DNA of 64,000 bases from SAR202 cluster bacterium (GTDB taxonomy: Bacteria; Chloroflexota; Dehalococcoidia; Lucifugimonadales; UBA826): assembly GCA_022447825.1 (NCBI GenBank), contig JAKUTY010000005.1:1373-65372 (forward strand), given 5' to 3'. Both the position numbers and the translations under genes were made by a program. Below the pieces are notes generated by a model. That model had not been told where the DNA came from. It saw nothing but the letters and a program-made list of their open reading frames with translations, and did not search any database. Positions 49,628 through 60,003 of this stretch are shown piece after piece; position 1 is the first letter of the stretch, and each line of letters begins with the position of its first letter.

Positions 49628-50782
49628 ATGAAATTAATAAATAAAATATTAGTTGCACCCCAATCTTTTAAAGGCAGTATTTCAGCTATGGATGTATGTT
49701 TGGCTATGGCTGATGGAGTGCGAAATGTTTTTCAAGACTGTGAAATAATCATGTGTCCTGTTGCAGATGGTGGAGACGGTACGTTAGAAACATTAGTAGA
49801 AATCTCAAATGGTCAAATTAATTCATGCAATGTTACTGGACCAATTGGTGATCAGATTTCTTCTCAATGGGGAGCAATGGGGGATGGGCATACAGCTGTA
49901 ATAGAAATGGCTAGAACTTCTGGTTTAGCATTGATCTCTCTTGATCAACGAAATCCATTGACTGCAACTACATATGGGTTAGGTGAAATTATTCTTGATG
50001 CTTTGGATAATGGATTTAGAAAATTTATTATAGGAATTGGCGGAAGTGCTACGAATGATGCTGGAGCAGGTATGGCTCAAGCGTTGGGGGTAGGTTTGTT
50101 TGATGCTAGTGGAAAATCTTTAGGTTTTGGTGGCCATGCGTTGAAAGATTTAGATTCTATTGATTTTAGTTCTATTGACCCTAGATTAAATGAATCTACT
50201 TTTTTGATTGCTTGTGATGTTAACAATCCATTGATAGGACCAGAGGGGGCTTCTGCTATTTATGGTCCTCAAAAAGGAGCTGATCCAGAAAAAATTCAAA
50301 TTTTGGATCAAGCCTTAAAGAATTTTGGTGAAATTGTAGAAAAACAATTAAAAGTTCAAGTGCTATCTGTTCCTGGTAGTGGTGCTGCAGGTGGCCTGGG
50401 GGCAGGTTTTCTCGCATTTTTAAATTCCCAACTAAAACCTGGGGTAGATATTGTTTTAGATCAAGTAAAAATCGAAGAAAAATTAGAAGGAGTTGATTTA
50501 GTTCTTACAGGTGAAGGATCTATAGATTTTCAGACTATATACAATAAGGCTCCAATTGGAGTTGCAAAATTAGCGCAAAAATATAATATTCCTACTGTTG
50601 GTATAGCTGGAATGTTAGGTAAAGATTACACTCTGGTGCACAGCGAAGGGTTAAAAGCTGTCAGGTCAATTACTACAGGGCCTATGACTTTAGAAGATGC
50701 TTCAAAGTCTGCTTATCAATTAATTAGTGAAGCTGTAGAACAGAGTTTAAGGTTTATTCAAGTAGGCATGAATTTAAATTAA
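49628..50782 (+). CDS. glxK: Glycerate kinase (GlxK/GarK family)
   Basis: APQSFKGS, PVADGGDGT, GIGGSATNDAG, GPQKGA, GAAGGLG, TGEG. Confidence 0.92.
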   Translation: MKLINKILVAPQSFKGSISAMDVCLAMADGVRNVFQDCEIIMCPVADGGDGTLETLVEISNGQINSCNVTGPIGDQISSQWGAMGDGHTAVIEMARTSGLALISLDQRNPLTATTYGLGEIILDALDNGFRKFIIGIGGSATNDAGAGMAQALGVGLFDASGKSLGFGGHALKDLDSIDFSSIDPRLNESTFLIACDVNNPLIGPEGASAIYGPQKGADPEKIQILDQALKNFGEIVEKQLKVQVLSVPGSGAAGGLGAGFLAFLNSQLKPGVDIVLDQVKIEEKLEGVDLVLTGEGSIDFQTIYNKAPIGVAKLAQKYNIPTVGIAGMLGKDYTLVHSEGLKAVRSITTGPMTLEDASKSAYQLISEAVEQSLRFIQVGMNLN

Positions 50783-50795
50783 GGAAGGTTTTTTT

Positions 50796-51578
50796 ATGGA
50801 ATTAGGCTTAAAGGGAAAAATAGCATTAGTTACTGGAGGAAGTGACGGGATTGGGTTTTCTGCCGCATATGAGATGGCTTTAGAAGGTGCAGAAATAATT
50901 ATTTGTGCACGAAACCAAAAGAATTTAGATATTGCTGCAAATTCGATCAAAGAAAATACTGGAAGAGATGTAACTACAAAATCATGTGATGTCACATCTA
51001 CAGAAGCTGTAGCACAATTATTTAAAGATATAACAGATCAATTTGGTGGCATAGACATTTTAGTTAATAATGCTGGAACTTCTTCAGCCCATCCTTTTTT
51101 AAACGCAGATGAGGAAACTTGGGATTATGACATTGATTTAAAGTTGTTTGGAGCTATCAGATGCTCGCAAAATGCAGTTCCAATTATGCGTTCTAGAGGT
51201 GGAGGAAGAATTATAAATATTACAACTCCTGGGGGAAAGGCACCTGGTGCAGGTTCTGTTCCAACATCAGTAACAAGGGCTGCAGGAATTGCTTTGACTA
51301 AGGCTATGTCAAAAGATTTTGCATCTGACAATATTTTAGTCAACACTGTATGTGTAGGATTGATTAAAAGTGGGCAACATAGAATTAGATGGGAGAATTC
51401 TGATCAGAAGATATCTTTGGATGATTTTTACTCTCAAATGGGAGAAAGAGTGCCTATGGGTAGAGTAGGAGAAGCTAAAGAAGTTGGTGGTTTGATTGCA
51501 TTTTTAGCATCTGATAGAGGTAGTTATATTACTGGAGCATCTATAAACGTTGACGGTGGAACTTCTCCAGTTGTTTAA
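50796..51578 (+). CDS. Short-chain dehydrogenase/reductase
   Basis: [25 protein letters not shown]; YxxxK replaced by TSVTR. Confidence 0.9.
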   Translation: MELGLKGKIALVTGGSDGIGFSAAYEMALEGAEIIICARNQKNLDIAANSIKENTGRDVTTKSCDVTSTEAVAQLFKDITDQFGGIDILVNNAGTSSAHPFLNADEETWDYDIDLKLFGAIRCSQNAVPIMRSRGGGRIINITTPGGKAPGAGSVPTSVTRAAGIALTKAMSKDFASDNILVNTVCVGLIKSGQHRIRWENSDQKISLDDFYSQMGERVPMGRVGEAKEVGGLIAFLASDRGSYITGASINVDGGTSPVV

Positions 51579-52654
51579 TTAACTTGTCCTCTATGCCTCA
51601 GTGCATGGTCCAGTAAAACTAATGAACCCATGGACTCAACTATTCGTACGGCTCTGGGTAATACGCATGGGTCATGACGTCCCCTGCCCTGAAGTTCTAC
51701 TTGGTTACCAAATACGTCTACCGTATTTTGAGTTTTCATAATTGTTGCAGTAGGTTTAAATGCGGCAGAAATTATGATGTTTTCGCCATTTGATATTCCA
51801 CCTTGAATTCCACCTGAATGATTTGTTGAAGTTCTAATGTTTCCGTTCTCAATAAAAAATTGGTCGTTGTGTTCTGACCCTGTCATATATGTTCCATCAA
51901 ATCCTGATCCAACTTCAAAACCTCTGCAGGCTGGAATTGATAAAATGCCTTTTGCAAGATCAGCTTCTAGCTTGTCAAATACAGGTTCCCCCAATCCTAC
52001 TGGGGCCCTATAAATTACTGCGTTTACTATTCCACCTAATGAATCACCGTTTTTACGAGCAGATTTAATAGCATCAATCATTCGGTCTGCCGCTATGGGA
52101 TCAGGACACCTAACTATATTGGATTCTATTTCCTCATTAGTTAATTCATGAGTGATTTCTTCAGAAGAAATATTATGGATTCTAGAAACGTAGGCACGAA
52201 TATCTGTATTAAACATTTGTTTCATTAATTTTTGCGCAATAGCTCCAGCTGCCACTCTACCTATAGTTTCTCTAGCCGAAGCCCTACCCCCACCCTTCCA
52301 ATTTCTTATTCCGTATTTTGCTTGGTAGCTGTAATCGGCATGTGATGGCCTAAAAACATCTTTCATGTGTTCGTAATCTTTGCCTTTAGCATCTGTATTC
52401 CAGACAATAATAGAAATGGGAGTTCCCAAAGTTTGGCCTTCAAATACTCCAGAAGTAATTTCTGCTCTATCTCCCTCTTTTCTCTGGGTAGATATTTCAC
52501 TTTGACCTGGTTTTCTACGATCTAACTCATTTTGGATTTCTTCTATAGAAATTTCTAAACCAGGAGGGCATCCATCAATTATCACACCCACAGCATCTCC
52601 GTGAGATTCTCCCCAAGTAGTTATTTTGAAAGATTGTCCGAAAATATTTCCCAT
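51575..52654 (-). CDS. aroC: Chorismate synthase
   Basis: [38 protein letters not shown]. Confidence 0.97.
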   Translation of the reverse strand: MGNIFGQSFKITTWGESHGDAVGVIIDGCPPGLEISIEEIQNELDRRKPGQSEISTQRKEGDRAEITSGVFEGQTLGTPISIIVWNTDAKGKDYEHMKDVFRPSHADYSYQAKYGIRNWKGGGRASARETIGRVAAGAIAQKLMKQMFNTDIRAYVSRIHNISSEEITHELTNEEIESNIVRCPDPIAADRMIDAIKSARKNGDSLGGIVNAVIYRAPVGLGEPVFDKLEADLAKGILSIPACRGFEVGSGFDGTYMTGSEHNDQFFIENGNIRTSTNHSGGIQGGISNGENIIISAAFKPTATIMKTQNTVDVFGNQVELQGRGRHDPCVLPRAVRIVESMGSLVLLDHALRHRGQVN

Positions 52655-52690
52655 TGATGACCTACGATAATATTGATAAATATTTTTTGT

Positions 52691-52845
52691 TATGAGAGTA
52701 TTATACCCCTAACGCTTAGTTACTTAGCGTTTTTCTATTGGTATTTGGATCCGGGATGTAACACCTGCGGTAGCCTTTCCTTTGGAATGAGAGCTCTTAC
52801 CGTGGCCCGGATTCTTACACAATAGTACCTCTATTACTTCTCATA
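52691..52845 (+). ncRNA. Candidate structured non-coding RNA (6S-like rod or cis-regulatory leader)
   Basis: Nested stems: TATGAGAGTA/TACTTCTCATA, CTATTG/CAATAG, GGATCCGGG/CCCGGATTC, TGCGGTAG/TTACCGTG plus apical hairpin; GC-rich core in AT-rich context; G-U pairs favour + strand. Confidence 0.45.
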
Positions 52846-52860
52846 CATTATTTAGGAGAT

Positions 52861-53490
52861 TTGATGGCTACTTTAGGATCTACTGGAAAAGCAGATGCTC
52901 AAAACTTTGAAAACAAAAGAAAATTGTTCCTTGTACCTAATCTCCCAACTCCCCCAGAGATTCAAGAAACAAATGAATCTCTTTTAACTAAACATCGAAA
53001 TCAAATTCAAGACAATATTGAGTCTCTTGAAAAGTCATTAGGTCCTGTTCGGTATATTTTCCATGAACTGATTCATGAATCTGACGAGAAAGCTCTATCC
53101 GCACTTGATGCTATATCCCCACAACATAAGCAGATTTGTGAGAGGATTTGTGAGTCTAGTGGAAAATTTATTGCTACAGACGATCAGAAATTACTCTTTC
53201 AAATGATGGATTTGCAAAGATGTTTATCCGTAGGGTTAATTAGCCAAGAGGTCTATAAATTGATCTCGGATTATTTTGAAAAAACTATTAATGATCGAAA
53301 TCAACATATAGCTAAAATTATTGATGAAAATATTAAAGAAAATGAAGTTGGATTATTGTTTGTATCGGAGGATCATAAAATCCAATTTTCTTCAGACATA
53401 CAAGTATTTTATATTTCGCCTCCTAGTTATAATGAATTAAAGACTGTTATTGCAGATTTTTACTCTCCTTCATCAGATAATCAAAGCTAA
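52861..53490 (+). CDS. Hypothetical protein (probably conserved in Dehalococcoidia)
   Basis: RBS AGGAG; KRKLFLVP, IFHE, RCLSVG, H.IQF..DIQVF..SPP; conservation recalled, not searched. Confidence 0.75.
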   Translation: MMATLGSTGKADAQNFENKRKLFLVPNLPTPPEIQETNESLLTKHRNQIQDNIESLEKSLGPVRYIFHELIHESDEKALSALDAISPQHKQICERICESSGKFIATDDQKLLFQMMDLQRCLSVGLISQEVYKLISDYFEKTINDRNQHIAKIIDENIKENEVGLLFVSEDHKIQFSSDIQVFYISPPSYNELKTVIADFYSPSSDNQS

Positions 53491-53502
53491 AAATAATTCA
53501 AG

Positions 53503-55215
53503 GTGGAAAACATGGAAAAAGTTTCTGAAGTCAATAGAAGTCGAGAATGGTTTGATACTCCTGAATTATACGGTTGGATGAGGCGAGCAGCTTTCAAAGC
53601 AGAAGGTTTTTCGGAAGAATCTTATGAAGGAAAACCAATCATTGGGATATGTAATACTTGGAGTGAGTTAACTCATTGCAACTCACATTTGAGAGATCTC
53701 GCAGAAGCAGTTAAGAGGGGTGTTTGGCAGATGGGAGGTTTCCCTATGGAATTCCCGGTAATGTCATTAGGTGAAGTGAATATGAAACCTACCACTATGC
53801 TTTACAGAAACTTGTTAAGTATGGATGTAGAAGAGTCTATTACAGCTAACCCATTGGACGCAGTAGTGGTGTTAGGAGGCTGTGATAAGACTACCCCAGG
53901 TTTATTGATGGGAGCAGCGAGCGCAGATATTCCTACTATTTTAGTGACTGGTGGTCCTCAACTTAAAGGGAATTGGAAAGGAGAAGAACTTGGATCTTGT
54001 ACTGATTGTAGGCGATATGAGATTGAATTAAGGGCAGGTAATATTACAGAAGATGATTGGGCTGAATTGCAAAGCTGTATTGTTAGAAGTAATGGCCATT
54101 GTATGACTATGGGAACTGCTTCGACGATGGCAACTATAGGTGAAGCTCTTGGATTAGCTTTACCTGGAAATGCTGCAATTCCAGCAGTTGACTCACGTAG
54201 GAAACAATTAGCTGAAGAAGCGGGTCGCCAAGCTGTACGTATTGTAGGAACTGATTTAATCCCCTCAAAATTAATTAATCAAAAATCTATAGAAAATGCG
54301 ATCAGATGCATTCATGCAATTGGGGGATCTACTAATTCAATAATTCATTTGATAGCTATAGCTGGTCGAGTAGGCATTAAATTACCGCTACAACTTTTTG
54401 ACGACTTAGCTAAAACTACACCATTTATTTTGAATCTCAAACCTTCTGGGAAATATTTGATGGAAGATTTTTATTATGCAGGTGGAGTCCCTGCGATGAT
54501 GCAAAGGATTTCTCACTTACTTAATTTAGATTCTGAAACAATTACTGGAAAATCTTTAGGTGAAAATATCACGGGTAGTTTTGTCCATAATGATGACATA
54601 ATTCGCTCAGTAGATAACGCTTTAGATCCAGAAGGAGGATTAGCAGTATTAAAGGGTAACCTTGCTCCAACTGGTGCAATAATTAAGCCTACGGCAGCGT
54701 CTAGTGAGTTGATGGTGCATAAAGGTAAAGCTGTAGTCTTTGAAGACCATGATGACCTAGCTGCTAGAATTGATGATCCTGATTTAGAAGTTTCTCCTGA
54801 AGATATCTTGGTAATGAAAAATAGTGGTCCAGTTGGTGCTCGTGGAATTCCTGAATGGGGATTTTTACCTATTCCTAAAAAAATTTTAGCTACAGGGGTT
54901 AGGGATATGGTAAGGCTTAGTGATGCAAGAATGAGTGGAACAGCATTTGGCACTGTGGTTGTTCATGTTACTCCTGAATCTGCAAATGGAGGCCCTCTTT
55001 CTGCAGTTAGAAATGGAGACATGATTGAAATTGATGTACCAAACAGAAAACTTAATTTGTTGATTTCAGAAGATGAAATGAAATCAAGAGTTTCTGAAAA
55101 AATTTATGAGGGACCTCAATTTAAAAGAGGATTCAAATGGTTACACGCTCGCCATATATTACAGGCAGATTTAGGTTGTGATTTTGATTTTTTGATCCAT
55201 GAAGATTTGCAGTAA
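53503..55215 (+). CDS. IlvD/Edd-family dehydratase (sugar-acid dehydratase clade, AraD-like)
   Basis: NTWSELTHCNSH, GGCDKTTP, GHCMTMGTAS, GGSTN, SDARMSGT. Confidence 0.9.
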   Translation: MENMEKVSEVNRSREWFDTPELYGWMRRAAFKAEGFSEESYEGKPIIGICNTWSELTHCNSHLRDLAEAVKRGVWQMGGFPMEFPVMSLGEVNMKPTTMLYRNLLSMDVEESITANPLDAVVVLGGCDKTTPGLLMGAASADIPTILVTGGPQLKGNWKGEELGSCTDCRRYEIELRAGNITEDDWAELQSCIVRSNGHCMTMGTASTMATIGEALGLALPGNAAIPAVDSRRKQLAEEAGRQAVRIVGTDLIPSKLINQKSIENAIRCIHAIGGSTNSIIHLIAIAGRVGIKLPLQLFDDLAKTTPFILNLKPSGKYLMEDFYYAGGVPAMMQRISHLLNLDSETITGKSLGENITGSFVHNDDIIRSVDNALDPEGGLAVLKGNLAPTGAIIKPTAASSELMVHKGKAVVFEDHDDLAARIDDPDLEVSPEDILVMKNSGPVGARGIPEWGFLPIPKKILATGVRDMVRLSDARMSGTAFGTVVVHVTPESANGGPLSAVRNGDMIEIDVPNRKLNLLISEDEMKSRVSEKIYEGPQFKRGFKWLHARHILQADLGCDFDFLIHEDLQ

Positions 55216-55216
55216 G

Positions 55217-55867
55217 TTATTTTAACCAATTACTCAGGTCTTCTAGTACTTCGAGAGTGATTTCATGTCCAATGTTGTATTCATGATATTCCAAATCAAA
55301 TCCCATTTGGGTTAAGTGATTTTTAGTATTCCTGCCGTCTTCAACAGGTAAAACAGAGTCTTGAATTCCATGCGCCATGAAGATTTTTGTAGAGTTTGGA
55401 TCATTTACTGAGAGCTCTATTTTTTGTTCAAGGTACATTCGGGAGCTTAAAATTATTGCACCTTCAAATGAAATTTTTGAAGGTAACCCTACATGTATAG
55501 TCATCATGCCACCCTGAGAAAATCCCCCTATATACAATTTTCCTATGTTGTAGTCAGTATTATTCAGAAATTCTTCTATAGAGTTGTTTATCAGTGTAGC
55601 AATTTGGTTAATTTCTGATGAATCACCTATAGGGATCCAAGCATAACCTGTTTGACCGTAACCAATATTCAATTCATTTGGAGCATTTAGAAATACATAA
55701 ATATAATCTTCTTTATTGATAGCTGGAGCAATTCCTACTAAGTCATACATACTTGCACCATATCCATGCAGTAAAATAATTACATCATAATTTTTATTGG
55801 TATCTGTTTCATCTGGAGTTGAGACTATATAGGGCAAATGATTTCCAAAGTGTTCTGTAGTTTGCAT
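55217..55867 (-). CDS. Phospholipase/carboxylesterase (alpha/beta hydrolase)
   Basis: LLHGYG, GGFSQGG, HGIQD, GHEI; start at ATG 55867 after GAGG. Confidence 0.9.
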   Translation of the reverse strand: MQTTEHFGNHLPYIVSTPDETDTNKNYDVIILLHGYGASMYDLVGIAPAINKEDYIYVFLNAPNELNIGYGQTGYAWIPIGDSSEINQIATLINNSIEEFLNNTDYNIGKLYIGGFSQGGMMTIHVGLPSKISFEGAIILSSRMYLEQKIELSVNDPNSTKIFMAHGIQDSVLPVEDGRNTKNHLTQMGFDLEYHEYNIGHEITLEVLEDLSNWLK

Positions 55868-55927
55868 GAGTTCCTCGTGATAAATTATTGATTTAAGAAT
55901 AGCAGATTCAAACTTCAAGAGAGTCAA

Positions 55928-56404
55928 ATGGAATTTAATAACGAATTTTCTATAAATAGCAATAGTGAAGAAGCCACTATTAAAATTGGAAATGTGATTG
56001 GAGAAAATATATCCATTGGAGATATCGTGTTGTTAATTGGGGATTTGGGGGCAGGTAAAACTAAACTGACCCAAGGTATCATCAATGGATTAGGATGTTC
56101 TGATTTTGTAAGAAGTCCTACATTTGTACTCATTACAGAATACATAGCTGATTTTCCTATTTATCACATGGATCTTTATAGATTAGATACATCTGAAAGT
56201 ATTGATAGATTATTTTTGGATGAGTATTTATATGGTGATGGGGTATGCGTAATAGAATGGGCTGATAAGGGAGATGAGTTTTTCCCACATGACAGCTTAA
56301 TGATTAAGATAGAAAATATTTCTGAAACGGCTAGGAAATTAAATTTTAATTTCAATAGAAAGTCTTTCAAAGATTTAGTTGAAAAATTAAAAGGTGCATT
56401 GTAA
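55928..56404 (+). CDS. tsaE: t6A biosynthesis ATPase
   Basis: GDLGAGKT, SPTF, HMDLYRL, IEWA. Confidence 0.95.
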   Translation: MEFNNEFSINSNSEEATIKIGNVIGENISIGDIVLLIGDLGAGKTKLTQGIINGLGCSDFVRSPTFVLITEYIADFPIYHMDLYRLDTSESIDRLFLDEYLYGDGVCVIEWADKGDEFFPHDSLMIKIENISETARKLNFNFNRKSFKDLVEKLKGAL

Positions 56405-56406
56405 TA

Positions 56407-57075
56407 ATGGAATTAAGTATAGACACTTCTACACGATTTGCTTCTGTTGCGATATCTAAAGAAGGTCAACTGATAGACAAATTGTCATGGAAATCACAAA
56501 GGAATCATTCTGTAGAATTGGTTCCTTCAATCTTGAAATTATTAGAAACACAATCTATTGAAATTCACGATTTAGATGCAATTTTTGTTGCTAAAGGCCC
56601 TGGAGCATTTAGTGCTCTTAGAGTAGGAATGAGTACGGCTAAGACATTATCTTTTGGTTTAAATATACCGATAGTTGGAATTTCGACTGCTGAAATTGAA
56701 ATCCATCCATTTATACAAAATCACGAGAAAATTAATGCATTAATTCCTGCTGGTAGAAACCGGATATATATTGCTGAATATAATCGTAACGTTTTATCTT
56801 CGCCTATAAAAGTGATGCTAATAGAGGATTTTGTTACACAAATAAAAGAAAATATTTTTTATTGTGGTGAGGGAGTTAATCAAATTTTGGAACAAAATGA
56901 ATTCTCCGTAAAATTCAATAATGCAAAAAATGAAATTCCTTCAAGAAATCCTGAAATTTTGTGTAGATTGGGATTTGAAAGAGTTAGAATGAATAAGGCT
57001 GATGATTTAGCATTATTAGAGCCTGAATATGTTACTAGTGCCCAAATAAATTCAGCTAAAAAAAATAATTCATAG
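56407..57075 (+). CDS. tsaB: t6A biosynthesis protein
   Basis: IDTST, NHSVEL, GPGAFSALRVG, LEPEY. Confidence 0.92.
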   Translation: MELSIDTSTRFASVAISKEGQLIDKLSWKSQRNHSVELVPSILKLLETQSIEIHDLDAIFVAKGPGAFSALRVGMSTAKTLSFGLNIPIVGISTAEIEIHPFIQNHEKINALIPAGRNRIYIAEYNRNVLSSPIKVMLIEDFVTQIKENIFYCGEGVNQILEQNEFSVKFNNAKNEIPSRNPEILCRLGFERVRMNKADDLALLEPEYVTSAQINSAKKNNS

Positions 57076-57085
57076 AAGGTGAAGA

Positions 57086-57535
57086 TTGGAAACTACATTA
57101 ATATTAATAAAACCTGATGGTGTTCAAAGAGGTCTTATAGGAGAAATTATCAACAGGTTGGAAAGAAAGGGGTTGAAGATAATAGGTCTGAAATTGATGC
57201 AGGCTTCAGATAAAACTGCTAATGAACATTATGCAGAACATGTCGGAAAACCATTTTTCAATTCATTGGTTGAATTTATCACCTCTTCTCCACTAGTTGC
57301 TTTAGCGGTGCAAGGAGATAATGCGGTGGATGTATCCAGAAATTTAATGGGATCAACTAATCCCCAAGAAGCGGCCCCAGGAACTATCAGGGGTGATTTT
57401 GGAATGACAATAGGAATGAATTTGATTCATGGATCTGATTCAACTGATTCAGCAAAGAGAGAATTGGGGATATTTTTCGACGAGAGTGAGATTTTGTCTT
57501 TCAACAGGGCTTTAGATGAATGGATTATAGAGTAA
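57086..57535 (+). CDS. ndk: Nucleoside diphosphate kinase
   Basis: [31 protein letters not shown]. Confidence 0.97.
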   Translation: METTLILIKPDGVQRGLIGEIINRLERKGLKIIGLKLMQASDKTANEHYAEHVGKPFFNSLVEFITSSPLVALAVQGDNAVDVSRNLMGSTNPQEAAPGTIRGDFGMTIGMNLIHGSDSTDSAKRELGIFFDESEILSFNRALDEWIIE

Positions 57536-57899
57536 TTGGTCCTATTTGAATTCTATTGGGCCAAACATGCTCGATTCCGTAAAAATCTCTAGAATCTCTG
57601 TCGAAAATATGAATTACTAAATCGTGATAATCTAAAAGAATCCATCCTGATTTATGATCGCCTTCTTTATGATGAAGCTTTATGCCTTGGGATTTGAGTG
57701 TAGATTCAATTGTCTCGCAGATTGCTCTAGAATGAGTTGATGATTGTGAAGTCATGATTACTGCGAAATCTGTGTAAAAACAATCAGTACTAATATTAAA
57801 TCGCGCAATGTTTTCTGCTTGAATATCATCAGCAATTTTGTAAGCTAGATTTGCAGATTGTAATCCAAAATCTTCTTGGGATTTGGTTTCGGTATTCAT
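57525..57899 (-). CDS. rsfS: Ribosome silencing factor
   Basis: EG...[14 protein letters not shown]...[10 protein letters not shown]. Confidence 0.9.
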   Translation of the reverse strand: MNTETKSQEDFGLQSANLAYKIADDIQAENIARFNISTDCFYTDFAVIMTSQSSTHSRAICETIESTLKSQGIKLHHKEGDHKSGWILLDYHDLVIHIFDRDSRDFYGIEHVWPNRIQIGPITL

Positions 57900-57959
57900 T
57901 AAGACATTATATTACGTAGATATGAAGTATGATATATCTACACAAAAATGAGGATGTAA

Positions 57960-59066
57960 ATGAAAAAAGAAAAAGTAATAGTGGCTATGAGTGGAGGAGT
58001 TGATTCTTCTGTAGCTGCTTTATTGTTAAAAAATGATGGATATGATGTTGTAGGAATGACTCTGAGGCTATGGTCTCAAGATTCTTCATCAGAGTATGGC
58101 GAAAACAATAGGTGTTGTTCTGTTGAAGATGTAGATGATGCTAGACGAGTTTGTCAAATTTTGGATATTCCACATTATTTTGTGAATTTCGAAAAAGAAT
58201 TTCAGGAGCATGTTGTAAATTATTTTTTAAATGAATACGATTCGGGAAGGACTCCTCATCCATGTTTTGCATGCAATGACAAAATCAAATTTGATTTTCT
58301 TCTTCGTAGAGCCATGTTTTTGGACGCTGATTACATCGCTACTGGTCATTACGCACAGATTAGCGAATCAGAAAACCATTATTCATTGATGAAAGGAGTT
58401 GATTCTCATAAAGATCAATCTTATGTTTTGTTTACTCTTAAACAAGAAGAGTTGTCTAAGTTGAAGTTTCCAGTTGGTTTGTATCCTAAAGATCAAATCA
58501 GACAATTTGCTTTAGATGCAAATCTTCCTGTGGCTGACAAGCCTGATAGTCAAGAAATATGTTTTATTCCAAGTGGTAATTATCGAGAATTTATTAAAGA
58601 TAGATTAGAACCTAAGCCAGGTAAATTTATTGATATGTTAGGAAACGAAATCGGTGAACATCCAGGTATTCAGTTCTTTACAATAGGGCAAAGGCGTAAA
58701 TTAGGATTTATATCCAACGATGGTCAACCAAGATTTGTAGTAGACATAGATCCTGATAACTATAATGTTGTTTTAGGTTTGGAAGAAGATTTAATGAAAA
58801 CTACATTTTTAGCAAATAAGCTTAGTTTCACTAGAGACTTTGAATTAGGTTCAGAAATTCAAGTTACTGCAAAAATACGGTATAAATCCTCTGATGAACC
58901 TGCAAAAGTAAAAATTACAGAAACTGAAGCACTAATAGAGTTTGAAAATCCACAGAGAGCTATTACTCCAGGGCAGCCAGTTGTTTTTTATCAAGAAAAT
59001 GAATTAATAGGTGGAGGGATAATTGAAAATGTCCGTCAACCTGCTCGTGTTTTGAGCAATATTTAA
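57960..59066 (+). CDS. mnmA: tRNA 2-thiouridylase
   Basis: AMSGGVDSS, TPHPC, ATGHY, KDQSY, SQEICF, TIGQR, ITPGQ. Confidence 0.96.
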   Translation: MKKEKVIVAMSGGVDSSVAALLLKNDGYDVVGMTLRLWSQDSSSEYGENNRCCSVEDVDDARRVCQILDIPHYFVNFEKEFQEHVVNYFLNEYDSGRTPHPCFACNDKIKFDFLLRRAMFLDADYIATGHYAQISESENHYSLMKGVDSHKDQSYVLFTLKQEELSKLKFPVGLYPKDQIRQFALDANLPVADKPDSQEICFIPSGNYREFIKDRLEPKPGKFIDMLGNEIGEHPGIQFFTIGQRRKLGFISNDGQPRFVVDIDPDNYNVVLGLEEDLMKTTFLANKLSFTRDFELGSEIQVTAKIRYKSSDEPAKVKITETEALIEFENPQRAITPGQPVVFYQENELIGGGIIENVRQPARVLSNI

Positions 59067-59687
59067 TTGTATCCAGGATTTGAATTAGAAGATAATCTTT
59101 TTCAACAAGGGGCACAATATATAGCAGGATTGGATGAAGTTGGAAGAGGGTGTTTGGCAGGTCCAGTTGCTGCAGGTTTAGTTATTTTTCCTTTAGATCT
59201 TGATAGGACACTTTTAGGTGAGATTAATGACAGTAAAAAGCTATCAGCATCTAAAAGAGAATCGCTCACAATTTTAATTCATCAATATGCTCTAGTTGCT
59301 GAAGTCGCAATTGCAGAATCTTATGAAATTGATGAAATCGGAATTGTTCGAGCAACTAAACTGGCCATGAAAAGGTGTATACAAAATTCATTAATCACCC
59401 CAGAACATTTATTGGTAGACGCTATTAACCTAGATGGATTCAATATTCCATATTCTGCGATCATTAAAGGTGATCAAATTTCTGCTTCAATTGCAGCAGC
59501 CTCAATTATTGCTAAAGTATTTAGAGATAAGCTTATGATAGATTTAGATCAGCAATATATAGGATATGGTCTAGCTAGTAATAAAGGATATGGTACAAGA
59601 CTACATTTAGATTCGATTCACAACAAAGGAATTTCTGATATTCATAGAAAATCTTTTGAACCAGTGAAAAGCATGCTTGAAAAATAA
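59067..59687 (+). CDS. rnhB: Ribonuclease HII
   Basis: GLDEVGRG, NDSKKL, KGD, AASIIAKV.RD, NKGYGT, HRKSF. Confidence 0.96.
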   Translation: MYPGFELEDNLFQQGAQYIAGLDEVGRGCLAGPVAAGLVIFPLDLDRTLLGEINDSKKLSASKRESLTILIHQYALVAEVAIAESYEIDEIGIVRATKLAMKRCIQNSLITPEHLLVDAINLDGFNIPYSAIIKGDQISASIAAASIIAKVFRDKLMIDLDQQYIGYGLASNKGYGTRLHLDSIHNKGISDIHRKSFEPVKSMLEK

Positions 59688-59697
59688 AAGAGGATTT

Positions 59698-60003
59698 ATG
59701 CCGATTTACGAGTACAAATGTGAAGATTGTGATGATATTTTTGAGATATTTTTTAAAACATATTTATCTAATAAAACCCCTAAATGCATTAGTTGCGAAT
59801 CTTTGAAAGTAAAAAAAATTATCTCTTCAGTAAGTTTTAATTCTAAATCTAAATCAACAGGTAGTTATTTTTCTGATTCGTCCAATATCGGAAAACATGT
59901 GGAACAATCATTTTCGAAACATGGATTACAGATGCCTGATTCTGTTAAGAAAAGTATTGATAATGCTAGAAAAGGAAAAATGCCAAAGGGGTTAGATATA
60001 TGA
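59698..60003 (+). CDS. FmdB-family zinc ribbon protein
   Basis: MPIYEYKCEDC...CISCES. Confidence 0.88.
   Translation: MPIYEYKCEDCDDIFEIFFKTYLSNKTPKCISCESLKVKKIISSVSFNSKSKSTGSYFSDSSNIGKHVEQSFSKHGLQMPDSVKKSIDNARKGKMPKGLDI

Noticed and set aside
52747-52814. SRP RNA or a known riboswitch
   Set aside because: CCGGGATGTA resembles part of 4.5S RNA, but the CAGG..GNRA..AGCAG core is absent on both strands; no TPP, SAM, FMN, cobalamin, glycine or ZTP consensus.
59688-60000. TPP riboswitch upstream of thiE
   Set aside because: thiE overlaps the upstream gene; no CTGAGA or ACCTGA motif region.
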